Shown here: positions 20,569 to 30,336 of the stretch, piece after piece | How positions within the stretch are numbered: position 1 is the stretch's first letter | How the letters are laid out: every line of letters starts with the position of its first letter | Virus record (IMG/VR): IMGVR_UViG_3300045999_007505 | Length of the DNA: 64,000 nt | Source of the DNA: a virus | Reading direction: 5' to 3' (one strand) | Position numbers and translations under genes: made by a program | Notes under the pieces: generated by a model | The model's database searches: none | What the model saw: the letters and a program-made list of their open reading frames with translations, nothing else | Told to the model about the DNA's origin: nothing

Positions 20569-21197
20569 GGCTGTGGTATTTGATAAGGGAATTGAAATGT
20601 AACTGGTCTCCATCTTTCTTTATAATATGTTAGCCAATCTGCATTGGGTTCGTCTTTTTGTTCTCGATTATAATTTTTCCAATATGGATCATCAGAAACA
20701 GGACCGCGCCTTGCTATTGAAAAATTACCAGTACGTCTATGTCCGACTATTATATATGAAGCTAAATCTATTGCTACAACTGTAGATTTTTCGTATGAAT
20801 AATATATGATTGCATTACTTGATGCCGTATTATACAACCATGTACTAACACTATCATATCGTTGTTGTAGGCTATCAAAGTTACTAAATTTATTTTTAAG
20901 TGTAAAACGTAAACCATCTGCAACAGCTTGTATACTATCAATCACTGTTTGTTGTTTAGCTTGTTGTTTTATCATTTCTAAGCTTAGGCTATCAATAACA
21001 GCTTGTTGTTTAACAATATTATTTTTATAGAATGCAACTCTGCTGCGTTGATTTGCAAGAAGAATTTCTATATCTTCATTTTGTTCAACGGTATATATAA
21101 CTACAGAATCACCCTTTAAGATGGTCTGTACAGGATAATTTTGTGCTAATGATAAAAAGGATAATGTAATGACCAATAATGTTAATAACTGTTTCAT
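20565..21197 (-). CDS. secreted/periplasmic coiled-coil protein
   Basis: Sec-type signal MKQLLTLLVITLSFLSLA-Q; repeated QQxVIDS; coupled to both flanking kinases. Confidence 0.75.
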   Translation of the reverse strand: MKQLLTLLVITLSFLSLAQNYPVQTILKGDSVVIYTVEQNEDIEILLANQRSRVAFYKNNIVKQQAVIDSLSLEMIKQQAKQQTVIDSIQAVADGLRFTLKNKFSNFDSLQQRYDSVSTWLYNTASSNAIIYYSYEKSTVVAIDLASYIIVGHRRTGNFSIARRGPVSDDPYWKNYNREQKDEPNADWLTYYKERWRPVTFQFPYQIPQP

Positions 21198-22099
21198 ATT
21201 ACCTTTATTTTTATTTTAGTGCCAATCATGTTTTTTTCACACGAAATACTAAATCCATGTTCTTGCAATATAGCAATACAAATATTTAATCCTAAACCAC
21301 TGCCTGATTCTTTTTGTCCTTCTTTTCTAGTATACGGTTGAGATAAGTTATCGAACTCTTCCTGTGTTATTCCGCGGCCATTATCTTGTAAAATTAACAA
21401 ATCATCTTCCATGTATATCCTAACCATTTTAAAATCACTGTCATTGTATTTTAATCCGTTACGAATTAAATTATCTAATGCTGTGCAAAACAATGATTCA
21501 TTAACTGATACTACGGGTAATTCGTCAATGATAACTTGACTTTTATATGATGTGGATGCTAGATAATTTTCTAGAATAGTTTTTAAATTGTGATCATCGC
21601 GATTTAGTACTGCATCTTTCTTTACTAAATTGGTAAACTCATAAACTCCTTTATAAACTTTTTGAGAATGCGCTAAGCCCTCTTTAATCATTTTTAATGG
21701 AGCTTCAATCTTTAAGTCATCAATAACCGTTTGTGGTACTCTGCGTTCTAAGGATGAAACGCCTCTAGGAATATAAGTATTGATACCTGAATGCATATCG
21801 TGTCTAAGTATCTTTGCTGCATGCTCGAGATATGTATTTTGTTTGCGTACTTCGCCAACCTGATTGTCAATTTCATCAATCATTCGTCGCTTCTGAAGTA
21901 GAAACTCAGAAACAAATACAAAGAATGGGGGCATGAATCCGATTACACAACCATAACCAAACCTAGCTAATTCGTAATTAGGCGGACATAAACCAAATAC
22001 GACACATGTTTGTACAGCAAAGAAAATAAACATAATGGCACCAGCAATTCCCAGTGCCATCTTCGATCGTAATGATATGCCCAATAATGCGTCGCGCAT
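21194..22099 (-). CDS. two-TM sensor histidine kinase
   Basis: H-box RHDMHSGIN, N-box DNLIRNGLKYN, G1 QDNGRG, F-box SQPY, G2 GSGLGLNI; ATG at 22099 overlaps the amidase TAA (track start 22135). Confidence 0.92.
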   Translation of the reverse strand: MRDALLGISLRSKMALGIAGAIMFIFFAVQTCVVFGLCPPNYELARFGYGCVIGFMPPFFVFVSEFLLQKRRMIDEIDNQVGEVRKQNTYLEHAAKILRHDMHSGINTYIPRGVSSLERRVPQTVIDDLKIEAPLKMIKEGLAHSQKVYKGVYEFTNLVKKDAVLNRDDHNLKTILENYLASTSYKSQVIIDELPVVSVNESLFCTALDNLIRNGLKYNDSDFKMVRIYMEDDLLILQDNGRGITQEEFDNLSQPYTRKEGQKESGSGLGLNICIAILQEHGFSISCEKNMIGTKIKIKVI

Positions 22100-22776
22100 T
22101 ATAATGTTTTCAGCATTGCAATCATACGAGGACATGGATGAATATCCGATTTATCCTTGCGATATGAATTGTGCGTATATACACCCGCTTCTCCTTTCAA
22201 AGCCCGTGTCGATATAGACCACATATCTTCTTCTCGGTATGTTAAGTCAATGCCGTAAGTGTCTCGCCAATGTAACAATAAATTTTTAACTGATTCAATC
22301 TGTGCATCTGTATATGCATGATAATATTTGTGACCTTTATATGGAGTCTCTAATTCAGTTACCTGATCTGCAGGAATTTCTCGATCCACATAATTGTAAA
22401 ATTTATCACCAACTTTATCTAATGGCCCCCAACTGCAAATTTCGATTCCAATTGAAGTTTTATCTAATGCCTTATAAGGCACGCCTTTCGATTTAAATAC
22501 ATCCTGCTTAAGGCCTAAATGATAACCCCAATGCTTAGATGAAAATGCTTGACAAATTTCTCCATCATATGTGTCTTTTGATACACCTTTACCAGAAATA
22601 ACAACACAGGTAGCAATGCGACCTCTATCATCTTTATCCCACATCTTAATTGTGCCCGGGCCTGATGAATTTCCTGCTGTGTGATGTATTACGATTTGTT
22701 TCTTTTCCGTTGCTTCTTTATAATATTGCGTTTCGCTTAACGGAACTTGTTTAATTTTTGATGTGTCTAAACTCAT
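22099..22776 (-). CDS. N-acetylmuramoyl-L-alanine amidase (Amidase_2-type endolysin)
   Basis: IVIHHTAG, SIGIEI, YTDAQIES, YTHNS...KSD zinc-amidase motifs. Confidence 0.9.
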   Translation of the reverse strand: MSLDTSKIKQVPLSETQYYKEATEKKQIVIHHTAGNSSGPGTIKMWDKDDRGRIATCVVISGKGVSKDTYDGEICQAFSSKHWGYHLGLKQDVFKSKGVPYKALDKTSIGIEICSWGPLDKVGDKFYNYVDREIPADQVTELETPYKGHKYYHAYTDAQIESVKNLLLHWRDTYGIDLTYREEDMWSISTRALKGEAGVYTHNSYRKDKSDIHPCPRMIAMLKTL

Positions 22777-23195
22777 TTTCGTGAACCTTTATGTAAATCA
22801 ATTTTATCTAAAATTTCTACTAACAGTTTCCCATCAATCAACCCCGCCATGGATGCATTCTTAAGTGCGCTTACTATTTGAAAAATAATAAATGGCAATA
22901 AAATTGTCTCACTCAACCAACCCGTACCCGGGAAACCTTTTTCAATAACTAACAATATTGTTAAGAATATAATCCAAACTACCATTGTTTGTAAAACCTT
23001 AAGAGCTTTAAATGTTTTGAACCCTTCTCGTTTAGTTCCTGCAATTACTCCGAAGAAGCCATCTGTCATTACTACTCCAACCAATGCCAAATACTGTTCT
23101 GAATTTGCCATAGCCATGTTGAAAAAATATGTGCAGATAAATGCTAACACAGTGCTTGCCGAATATAATATAGTTGTTATTGTTGTTGTTTTCAT
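22773..23195 (-). CDS. phage holin family protein
   Basis: 3-4 TM segments, DGFFGV and SALKNA...G motifs; lies between two wall hydrolases. Confidence 0.8.
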   Translation of the reverse strand: MKTTTITTILYSASTVLAFICTYFFNMAMANSEQYLALVGVVMTDGFFGVIAGTKREGFKTFKALKVLQTMVVWIIFLTILLVIEKGFPGTGWLSETILLPFIIFQIVSALKNASMAGLIDGKLLVEILDKIDLHKGSRK

Positions 23196-24007
23196 TATTT
23201 AATGTCCGCAGATTCAATCAATGTATATGTAAAAGAATTACCGTGGATGTCCCGTGCTTTACGACAAATGGTCATAAATTCTTCAAAATCCTTAACTCGT
23301 TTAAATACTTGACAACCTTCGGACCAATTTTCAACATATGTTGAATCTGCACCTGCTTTATGTATATTAATTCCAAACAATCCTTCTTGTATTGATTTTT
23401 CATCATATACCATATCTTTATTTGGATCACGGAATACTTTAACTGGTTTATTTTGTCCTAGTGCTTCATACTTACCAGCATGTAAACGCATAATGTGTGA
23501 ATTAATATACTGACCTTCTACTAATCTAGCAACACCTGCTTTGTTTCCATATTGCATTACACCTTTAGTTCCGGGATCTGTAGTAGCTGGCCAGCAATGG
23601 AATTTTTCTTCTCCATTTACCGTGTAAGTTAATGTAATGTGATCATCAAATAAGTTTGTTACTTTTTGTCCTGTGTCTGAATTGCGCGCGCCTACTATGT
23701 TTAATAGGTAATCTTTCCCTTCAAACCATTTGTGCCCTTTAGATGTAACGGCAGTTTTGATTTGAGCTGCTGTATATTTAGGGCTTTTAGTTGATGGTGG
23801 AGTTGCTGCAGCTTTTGCTTCTACAACAATACCCATCTTAGCCAATGTTGCTGGGCCTACTACGCCATCAGCAGTCAATCCATTTGCTGTTTGCCAGGCT
23901 TTTACAGCTTCTTCTGTTTTAGGACCAAAACTTCCTACTGGGTCTACGCCTAATACTACTTGAATTTTTTTGACCGTTTCGTTGTTGTCACCTCTTTTTA
24001 GTACCAT
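23195..24007 (-). CDS. peptidoglycan-binding protein with putative catalytic domain (endolysin candidate)
   Basis: PG_binding_1 (GSFGPKTEEAVKAWQ...LTADGVVGPAT); C-terminal GINIH...WSEGCQV His/Cys motif resembling the L,D-transpeptidase fold. Confidence 0.8.
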   Translation of the reverse strand: MVLKRGDNNETVKKIQVVLGVDPVGSFGPKTEEAVKAWQTANGLTADGVVGPATLAKMGIVVEAKAAATPPSTKSPKYTAAQIKTAVTSKGHKWFEGKDYLLNIVGARNSDTGQKVTNLFDDHITLTYTVNGEEKFHCWPATTDPGTKGVMQYGNKAGVARLVEGQYINSHIMRLHAGKYEALGQNKPVKVFRDPNKDMVYDEKSIQEGLFGINIHKAGADSTYVENWSEGCQVFKRVKDFEEFMTICRKARDIHGNSFTYTLIESADIK

Positions 24008-24008
24008 G

Positions 24009-24266
24009 TTAACCTATCTCCTCATTGTTTTCTTGATTTGATTTTTTTCCAGCAAATTTTTCTAAACCTGCTATCCCTAAACTTCCCAATGTTACAATAA
24101 CAAATGAATTGTAAATGTATTCATTTAATTTTAATTCATTACCAAAATACCCAGTTATTAAATCTACAAGCATTGCAAGTGTCATAACTGCAAATGACAT
24201 AAACCCAATAATGGTTTTTTCGTTGTAATCATTTGAATCTTTAAAGATTTGATTAAATCCCGCCAT
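24009..24266 (-). CDS. small two-TM membrane protein (holin/antiholin candidate)
   Basis: GGGAG RBS before ATG 24266; two hydrophobic helices; first gene after the late motif. Confidence 0.7.
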   Translation of the reverse strand: MAGFNQIFKDSNDYNEKTIIGFMSFAVMTLAMLVDLITGYFGNELKLNEYIYNSFVIVTLGSLGIAGLEKFAGKKSNQENNEEIG

Positions 24267-24294
24267 ATTATCTCCCGTTAAATTATTACTTTCA

Positions 24295-24302
24295 TATAAA
24301 TA
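24295..24302 (-). promoter_or_regulatory. putative late promoter TATTTATA heading the lysis/TCS run
   Basis: Recurrent intergenic motif. Confidence 0.55.
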
Positions 24303-24329
24303 TAACAAACAGAAACAAATCCAGAAGAT

Positions 24330-25484
24330 TTACTTTTTACAAACAATTAAATTGTTTTCATAGGTTTGAATGTGTTGAATTGTAATTTTAAGATTTCCTA
24401 ATTCAAATTGTTCGCCTGGCTGATTGAATTCAGCTAATAAGTCGGTTGCATCTAATATTTCTGCTAGTTGTTGAATATATGTAAAATCCTGATTTGTAAA
24501 CTGTTGCCCGTCAATTTCAACTACAATATCATCATAATCATAACGGTCTAATTCAGTTAATGAATGGCAACGCTTTGTTAAATCATATGAAGTTTTGGGT
24601 TGCTCTAAGGTAACATATTTCATCCATGTTGCATCGGAGTATATTCTGTCGCACCATGGCTCCAATGTTTCTAACAATTGCATTGTACAATTTTCTACAC
24701 GCAAGGCAATGTTATACTTTGATGCACCAGATCTTGTACCCCATTTCCTAACAAAATTTTTATTAGATTGCAATTCTATTTGTTGAGTTCGATTTTGATA
24801 TTCTTCTGAGAATCTTGATGTTTTGCTAACAAAGTGATAACATATCGCATCCAATGCCGTAAAACAATTCATACCCAAAAGATGCCATCTGCGTATTAAA
24901 TCATCATCTTCACAAAACATTGGATTAAACAAATTGTCTAAACCGCCTAATTCTAATAACTTTATTCTAGGCATACACATAAAAAATGTAATACCAGATT
25001 CCGTTTTGTCTAGATATTTAATTTGTTCAGTTTTTACAAATTCATATAAAGCATCTTTACTAAACGTTTCCAATGATGTGCCTAAATCATGAATAAGTTT
25101 ACCAGGACGCTCATGTCCTGCGAATATAGGTGGTTCTATTGTGGTATATGACACCACGTTATTGTCTGATACGTGTTTTTCTAAATTTTCTAAAAATCCA
25201 GGTGCCAATACGATGTCATTATGCAAATATGCTACATAATCTTTAGTTGACAATTCTGCAGCCTTATTAAATGTATCGGAAAATGTTTTTATTTCGTCCG
25301 AGTAAAAATATTTCAAATTGTTATCTGCTAATGAATCTAACCATTCATTGGTTCCATCAGTCGACCCATAACTTACAAAACATATTTCTGTATCTGGATA
25401 CAATGCTCTTGTAGTTTGATAAAAATGCTTATTGTAGTCTAGATTATTTTTTAAACCTACTAAAAGTGAAATGTTATTTGTCAT
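24330..25484 (-). CDS. glycosyltransferase family 2
   Basis: GSTDGT, YLHNDIV, LGGLD...FCEDDDL, YHF motifs. Confidence 0.88.
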   Translation of the reverse strand: MTNNISLLVGLKNNLDYNKHFYQTTRALYPDTEICFVSYGSTDGTNEWLDSLADNNLKYFYSDEIKTFSDTFNKAAELSTKDYVAYLHNDIVLAPGFLENLEKHVSDNNVVSYTTIEPPIFAGHERPGKLIHDLGTSLETFSKDALYEFVKTEQIKYLDKTESGITFFMCMPRIKLLELGGLDNLFNPMFCEDDDLIRRWHLLGMNCFTALDAICYHFVSKTSRFSEEYQNRTQQIELQSNKNFVRKWGTRSGASKYNIALRVENCTMQLLETLEPWCDRIYSDATWMKYVTLEQPKTSYDLTKRCHSLTELDRYDYDDIVVEIDGQQFTNQDFTYIQQLAEILDATDLLAEFNQPGEQFELGNLKITIQHIQTYENNLIVCKK

Positions 25485-26341
25485 AGATAAGCTTTATAAG
25501 TTTGTACATGTTGAGTAGCAACGTATTTGCTATTACATAATTCTTTAATATAATCAGGTGCAGCAGTTTCAATTGATTGTATATTTCCGTTTACATCAAT
25601 AATATACATATATCCCGGAACATCGCAACACCAACCTTCTAATGTAGTCCTACCTAATAAAATACCCACAGTAAAATGCATCATTTGTACTATGTTTTCT
25701 GTATCCCATCGCTTATCTACATATTTTATATTAGGATGATTAAAATCATAACGACTTTCACTCATTATGTATAAATCCCAATCATTTTCAATGCATTCTT
25801 GAACTATATGTTGCACAGCTTTAAATCGTATTGGATCTAATACTTCTCCAACAAATATTCCAGAATAACGTTCTAATTTAGATGCATCCTCAGTATTAAA
25901 TCTGTTTTGATCAATTGGATTATAAATCAATGAAACTTTGTTTGAAGGAATTTTATAATCATTAATTAACATGTCCGCAATAGGTTTTCGTATTGCAATG
26001 TAATGTGATATTCTGCTATCTAATATGGGATCTTCAGATCTAATTTCTGAATGTATAATACTAATGATAGGAATTTCTTTAAAATGTTCTAACATAAACA
26101 AGTTAACTTGTGGCTGACTTGCTACTATTATATCATATTTTTCTGTAATATCCAAATTTGTTACATCTAATTGCCGTACATGTTGCAATTTTAATCTAAC
26201 TTGATCCATCCAATCGATTTCTCGCAATGTGAATAATGTAACATCATGCCCCATTAAATCTAATTCTCGTGCTAGTTCGTAATGATATAATTCACTGCCG
26301 CCTAATCCATTAGCATTTAAGCATCCTAAAAGTATTTTCAT
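25481..26341 (-). CDS. GT-B glycosyltransferase (GT4-like)
   Basis: GGSE...LARELDLMGHDVTLF, IYNPID, GRTTLEG. Confidence 0.8.
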   Translation of the reverse strand: MKILLGCLNANGLGGSELYHYELARELDLMGHDVTLFTLREIDWMDQVRLKLQHVRQLDVTNLDITEKYDIIVASQPQVNLFMLEHFKEIPIISIIHSEIRSEDPILDSRISHYIAIRKPIADMLINDYKIPSNKVSLIYNPIDQNRFNTEDASKLERYSGIFVGEVLDPIRFKAVQHIVQECIENDWDLYIMSESRYDFNHPNIKYVDKRWDTENIVQMMHFTVGILLGRTTLEGWCCDVPGYMYIIDVNGNIQSIETAAPDYIKELCNSKYVATQHVQTYKAYL

Positions 26342-26919
26342 GATTTGTATTTTAAATAATTGTTAAACATAGCTTGATTATAATCTCGATATCCATCTTG
26401 CAAATCAGAATGTGATGGAAGTTGATAAGCAATCATTGGATCGCACATGTATATGTTATGATCGGGCATTAAATTGTGATAATGTACATCCATTTCACAT
26501 ACGTGTGGTAAATTTATTATAGTATCATAAAAACGTTCATGAACCATATATGCATGTGCTGCATATGCACCATTTAATTTTAATAACGAATCAGAAACTC
26601 TATTTGCTAGAGTTTGTAAATTTGCACCTAAGAAAAACATATCCCATTGCATTGTTTGTATTTCGGCAAATGCATGTTCTAATATACTAAATGAATCATC
26701 TGTAAATATAGCATCATCTTCTAAAACTAAAATATATGGCAATTGATTTTCTTTTGCCAATTGGATACATTTTTTTTGTGATTGAAAACATGTTTTAGTT
26801 TCATCAACAATTCCTTCAATGATTGTATAATTGTTTGAAATCTTCAGAACCTCTTGTTCAATATGTTCTCGCCGGTCCGTTCGATGTTTTAAATTGATAA
26901 TGTATGTAGGTATATTCAT
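26338..26919 (-). CDS. glycosyltransferase family 25
   Basis: YIINLKHRTDRR, LVLEDDA, AHAYMV. Confidence 0.85.
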   Translation of the reverse strand: MNIPTYIINLKHRTDRREHIEQEVLKISNNYTIIEGIVDETKTCFQSQKKCIQLAKENQLPYILVLEDDAIFTDDSFSILEHAFAEIQTMQWDMFFLGANLQTLANRVSDSLLKLNGAYAAHAYMVHERFYDTIINLPHVCEMDVHYHNLMPDHNIYMCDPMIAYQLPSHSDLQDGYRDYNQAMFNNYLKYKS

Positions 26920-27599
26920 ATTCTAGCTTTTAATAAATAAAGTATAGTACCATCTTTACATTGTATATATGCATTTGGATATGGGTCTTGCAATGATCTA
27001 ATTTTATCATATAATTGTATAGCAGTATAATTACTAAAATCGTCTATATGTATTTCACTCATTGATTTAGTTCTTCGCTTACATAATGTTGCTAATTCGT
27101 GATTTTGTGGTGTTCTTGGTACATTTGAACTAATAGCAAAGTCGAATATTATTTTTGCAATTACCGGATATGATAATTGTATTATTTTAAAAAAAATATC
27201 CGATAATTCACCACGTAATTCAATTGGTACTTGATAGATAATATCTCCAGTATCTAATCCCCTGTCCATGACAAAAAACGTTATTGCACTATCATAATCA
27301 CCATTAATGATTTGATTTTGAATAGGACTGCCGCCTCGATATTTTGGCAACGGTGAAGGATGTAAACATATACATAATTTTTCATTAATGATATGGTCTG
27401 GAACTATATCGCTCCATCCGATAAAAAATAACAAATCATATGTTGTTAGATCTAACGCCAATAATTGTTCCGTGGACTGAATATGTGTTATGTCTACATT
27501 TAATTCCGAATACATTTCATCAATGAAAAATTCAGTATACATTAATATTTCTTTTGCCCATTCTCGATATGAACAATATAATATTTTTATTCTATCCAT
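26916..27599 (-). CDS. formyltransferase (Fmt-like; probably sugar N-formyltransferase)
   Basis: LHPSPLPKYRGGSPI, MDRGLDTGDI, IRSLQDPYPNAY. Confidence 0.85.
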   Translation of the reverse strand: MDRIKILYCSYREWAKEILMYTEFFIDEMYSELNVDITHIQSTEQLLALDLTTYDLLFFIGWSDIVPDHIINEKLCICLHPSPLPKYRGGSPIQNQIINGDYDSAITFFVMDRGLDTGDIIYQVPIELRGELSDIFFKIIQLSYPVIAKIIFDFAISSNVPRTPQNHELATLCKRRTKSMSEIHIDDFSNYTAIQLYDKIRSLQDPYPNAYIQCKDGTILYLLKARI

Positions 27600-28213
27600 C
27601 TTAATACCTCAAAACCTTCTGCAAAATCAACGTTTGCTTGAATACCGCGAATTGCAGCTAAATTTTTAATCATTTCAGCATTGCGAAACGATCTAACTTG
27701 CGATTTCATTAAATGATATGAATTAATTTTTTCTTCTATATTCAATAGCCTAAAATACGTAGGATTAAATGTATGATAATTATGATTCCATAAATCTTGA
27801 ATTTGTTCATATACAAATACCTTTTTTACGAAAAAATTTAAATCATGTGGCCTCAATGCAGTCAATGCAGCTTCATATACTACTCGATGATCTTGATTGT
27901 ATGACGGCACCGGTATATATAATTCATCTGGTTGAATTTGATTTATAATTCGCTCAAACTCTGGAATCAGACTCTGAATTGTATACGTATTAACTTCATT
28001 ATCTAAAATCTCATATGAGAATTGCAATTTAGTTTGAACTACATTTAATTCATTTAATCGTTCTTGAAGTTTAGGACGTTGTTTTACCCAATCAAAATTA
28101 ATTTTACTTTCATCGCATCCGCAATATAAAATAAAACAGTTTTTATCAATTGAACTAAAACAACCTAATAGTTCATCGTCAATGTGTGGTGCAATAATTA
28201 AACGTTTATACAT
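27587..28213 (-). CDS. PIG-L/LmbE family de-N-acetylase
   Basis: IAPHIDDE and NQDH zinc motifs; SQVR...AEGF C-terminus. Confidence 0.88.
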   Translation of the reverse strand: MYKRLIIAPHIDDELLGCFSSIDKNCFILYCGCDESKINFDWVKQRPKLQERLNELNVVQTKLQFSYEILDNEVNTYTIQSLIPEFERIINQIQPDELYIPVPSYNQDHRVVYEAALTALRPHDLNFFVKKVFVYEQIQDLWNHNYHTFNPTYFRLLNIEEKINSYHLMKSQVRSFRNAEMIKNLAAIRGIQANVDFAEGFEVLRWIE

Positions 28214-29112
28214 TAGTTATGATTATTTAATATTTGTAAAAATTCTTGCATTCTTGCTTTCCAAGTATGATTTTTAATTGCAATTTCATATGATTTAGCT
28301 GCCAAGCTTGATCGTTCGTCATCATTATTCAAATAATAATCAAATAATTCTGGCCATTCTTGCCACGTGGCAGTTACAATACTCCCTTCGAATAAATTTA
28401 AAACTAAGGGGTGATCGCATAATTGAAATGCTCCTGCCAATGCAATATTATATACACTTTGATTTAAATCAACTCTATCTTTAGGATGCCCCTCATTATC
28501 TCTTTGATAATCATAATGAAAATTAATATTAATTTTACTTTGATTTCGAATTGTATTCGATTGGTCATATGGTAAAAATGGAATTCCATAATTTTTATAC
28601 GTCATACCAGCTAAATAAAAGTTACCTTTTTCTACATATGGATACAAATATTTATCTTCTTCTCTATATCCATGGGCTAACGTTCCAATAAAGCATGCAT
28701 CATATTGCAATGCACACTCAATTGGCTGAAATAAATGATTATTTCCTGCTAATGGAACATGATACATTTGAAATCCGATTTCATTAAATTGTTTAATTAA
28801 ATCAGGACATTGGTGTTGAGTTGTAATAAAAAAATCAATTAATCCTATAAATTGACTATGAAATGGTTGAAGACAATCAGTTGAACAAACAATTTTAACA
28901 TTTGGATTATGATTTTTTACAAATTCAAAATCTTGTAAATTCATTCCTCCTACATAAACGATTAAATCATACATATGAGTTGCAGCAGAACGTATGGAAT
29001 GCTGTTCCGTCGGATAAAAATCAACTTCATGACCTAAATCTATAAATCCATAGCCCCATTCTTTAAAAATAGGAGTTGGGTGATTATTTGTATCAAAAAC
29101 TGCGATTTTCAT
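28213..29112 (-). CDS. CgeB/YkvP-like GT-B glycosyltransferase
   Basis: DACFIG, SKININF, GAFQL, YYL...ER..A...HTWKAR. Confidence 0.8.
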   Translation of the reverse strand: MKIAVFDTNNHPTPIFKEWGYGFIDLGHEVDFYPTEQHSIRSAATHMYDLIVYVGGMNLQDFEFVKNHNPNVKIVCSTDCLQPFHSQFIGLIDFFITTQHQCPDLIKQFNEIGFQMYHVPLAGNNHLFQPIECALQYDACFIGTLAHGYREEDKYLYPYVEKGNFYLAGMTYKNYGIPFLPYDQSNTIRNQSKININFHYDYQRDNEGHPKDRVDLNQSVYNIALAGAFQLCDHPLVLNLFEGSIVTATWQEWPELFDYYLNNDDERSSLAAKSYEIAIKNHTWKARMQEFLQILNNHN

Positions 29113-29690
29113 TGAAACGTTTCCATTATTTGTTGCCAGCTTAATGGTCTAGTAAGTTCTTCACGGTTTGCATCTAAAAATTCATAAGTAGGCTGTACAT
29201 CTAACTTGTGACCTATTTGATTTCCGCGGCGGACGTATCCAGCATATGATGGCAATATTGCGTGCATCTCTAAATTCGTACGTTTCCCTAATTCTGCAAA
29301 CGCTTCCCAAGCATTATGGCAATATGTAGCACTAAGTAAAAATGGTTGATCTGGATTAATATCGTCCATTATAATAGTTCCATTTTCATTTAGTCGTTGC
29401 AATGCGTTTTCAAAATCTCTTAATACTTGATCCTTTTCATGTGATGCATCAATAAAGATAATATCCCACGTTTTATCATTCCCAACAGTCTCAAAAAATT
29501 CATCCGTTGTCATGCAATGTGTTGGAGAACATGCTGCATTGATGTCTACTCCTTCTTTAATAGCACAATTGATATGATTAAATGTATTACTAGAATCTCG
29601 CACCCCGAGCTCTAAATAACTTTGATAATTAAACCGTTTTACGAAAAATTCAATAATTTCTCGATATGGAACTTGATATGGATTACTCAT
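29109..29690 (-). CDS. class I SAM-dependent methyltransferase (Methyltransf_24-like)
   Basis: YLELGV, GVD, DIIFIDASH, GTIIMDD. Confidence 0.88.
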   Translation of the reverse strand: MSNPYQVPYREIIEFFVKRFNYQSYLELGVRDSSNTFNHINCAIKEGVDINAACSPTHCMTTDEFFETVGNDKTWDIIFIDASHEKDQVLRDFENALQRLNENGTIIMDDINPDQPFLLSATYCHNAWEAFAELGKRTNLEMHAILPSYAGYVRRGNQIGHKLDVQPTYEFLDANREELTRPLSWQQIMETFQ

Positions 29691-30336
29691 TTATTAAACC
29701 TTCTTTTGTAAATACTTCTTGCCAACCTTCGGAAACTCGTCCGCCGACCCTAGCATAATTAAAATATATTGATTTTTCGCGTGCTTTCAAAATAATTGTC
29801 GGAGTTAATGTTTGTGTAAACATATTACCATCCAATTCGAATTGCCATGGACTATAGTCTGCTTTCAAAACTTGTTTTAAATAATCAGTGCGCCAAACTG
29901 CTGGTTGAACTGAATTCAAATATTGACTATGATTTTCAAATTGATATAAATCGGATTCGAGATGTTTTAATTCGTATACTCCCGAAGGATACAGTTTATC
30001 GAACATGATTTTATCTGCATTTAAATGTTCTAATATATCGATGTGTTCTTGTATAAAAGTATCAGTTATTGGTTCCGTTAAATAATAATCTTCGAGAATA
30101 AAACAAACATATGGAGTAGAAACTTGATCTAATGCACATAACATTCGATATCCCCATGGTAAATTTAATCCAGGTAATACATTTTCATATCCATCATATG
30201 GTAATGAAATCGTTTCCCCAACGAATATATTTTTTGTATCTAAATTCCAATATCGTTTGTATAATATATCAAAATTCTTCCAAAGCGATTGATATGAATC
30301 ACATGAACCAATTACGACAGTTAATTTATCTTTCAT
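29683..30336 (-). CDS. putative GT-A fold glycosyltransferase
   Basis: SCDSY...W, FILEDY, QPAVWR, SPWQFE; glycan cluster context. Confidence 0.65.
   Translation of the reverse strand: MKDKLTVVIGSCDSYQSLWKNFDILYKRYWNLDTKNIFVGETISLPYDGYENVLPGLNLPWGYRMLCALDQVSTPYVCFILEDYYLTEPITDTFIQEHIDILEHLNADKIMFDKLYPSGVYELKHLESDLYQFENHSQYLNSVQPAVWRTDYLKQVLKADYSPWQFELDGNMFTQTLTPTIILKAREKSIYFNYARVGGRVSEGWQEVFTKEGLINE

Noticed and set aside
26916-27599. Formyltransferase as preQ1 formyltransferase (DpdN) or initiator-tRNA Fmt
   Set aside because: It sits in the sugar island overlapping a deacetylase, and no queC/queF is seen to supply preQ1; not fully excluded
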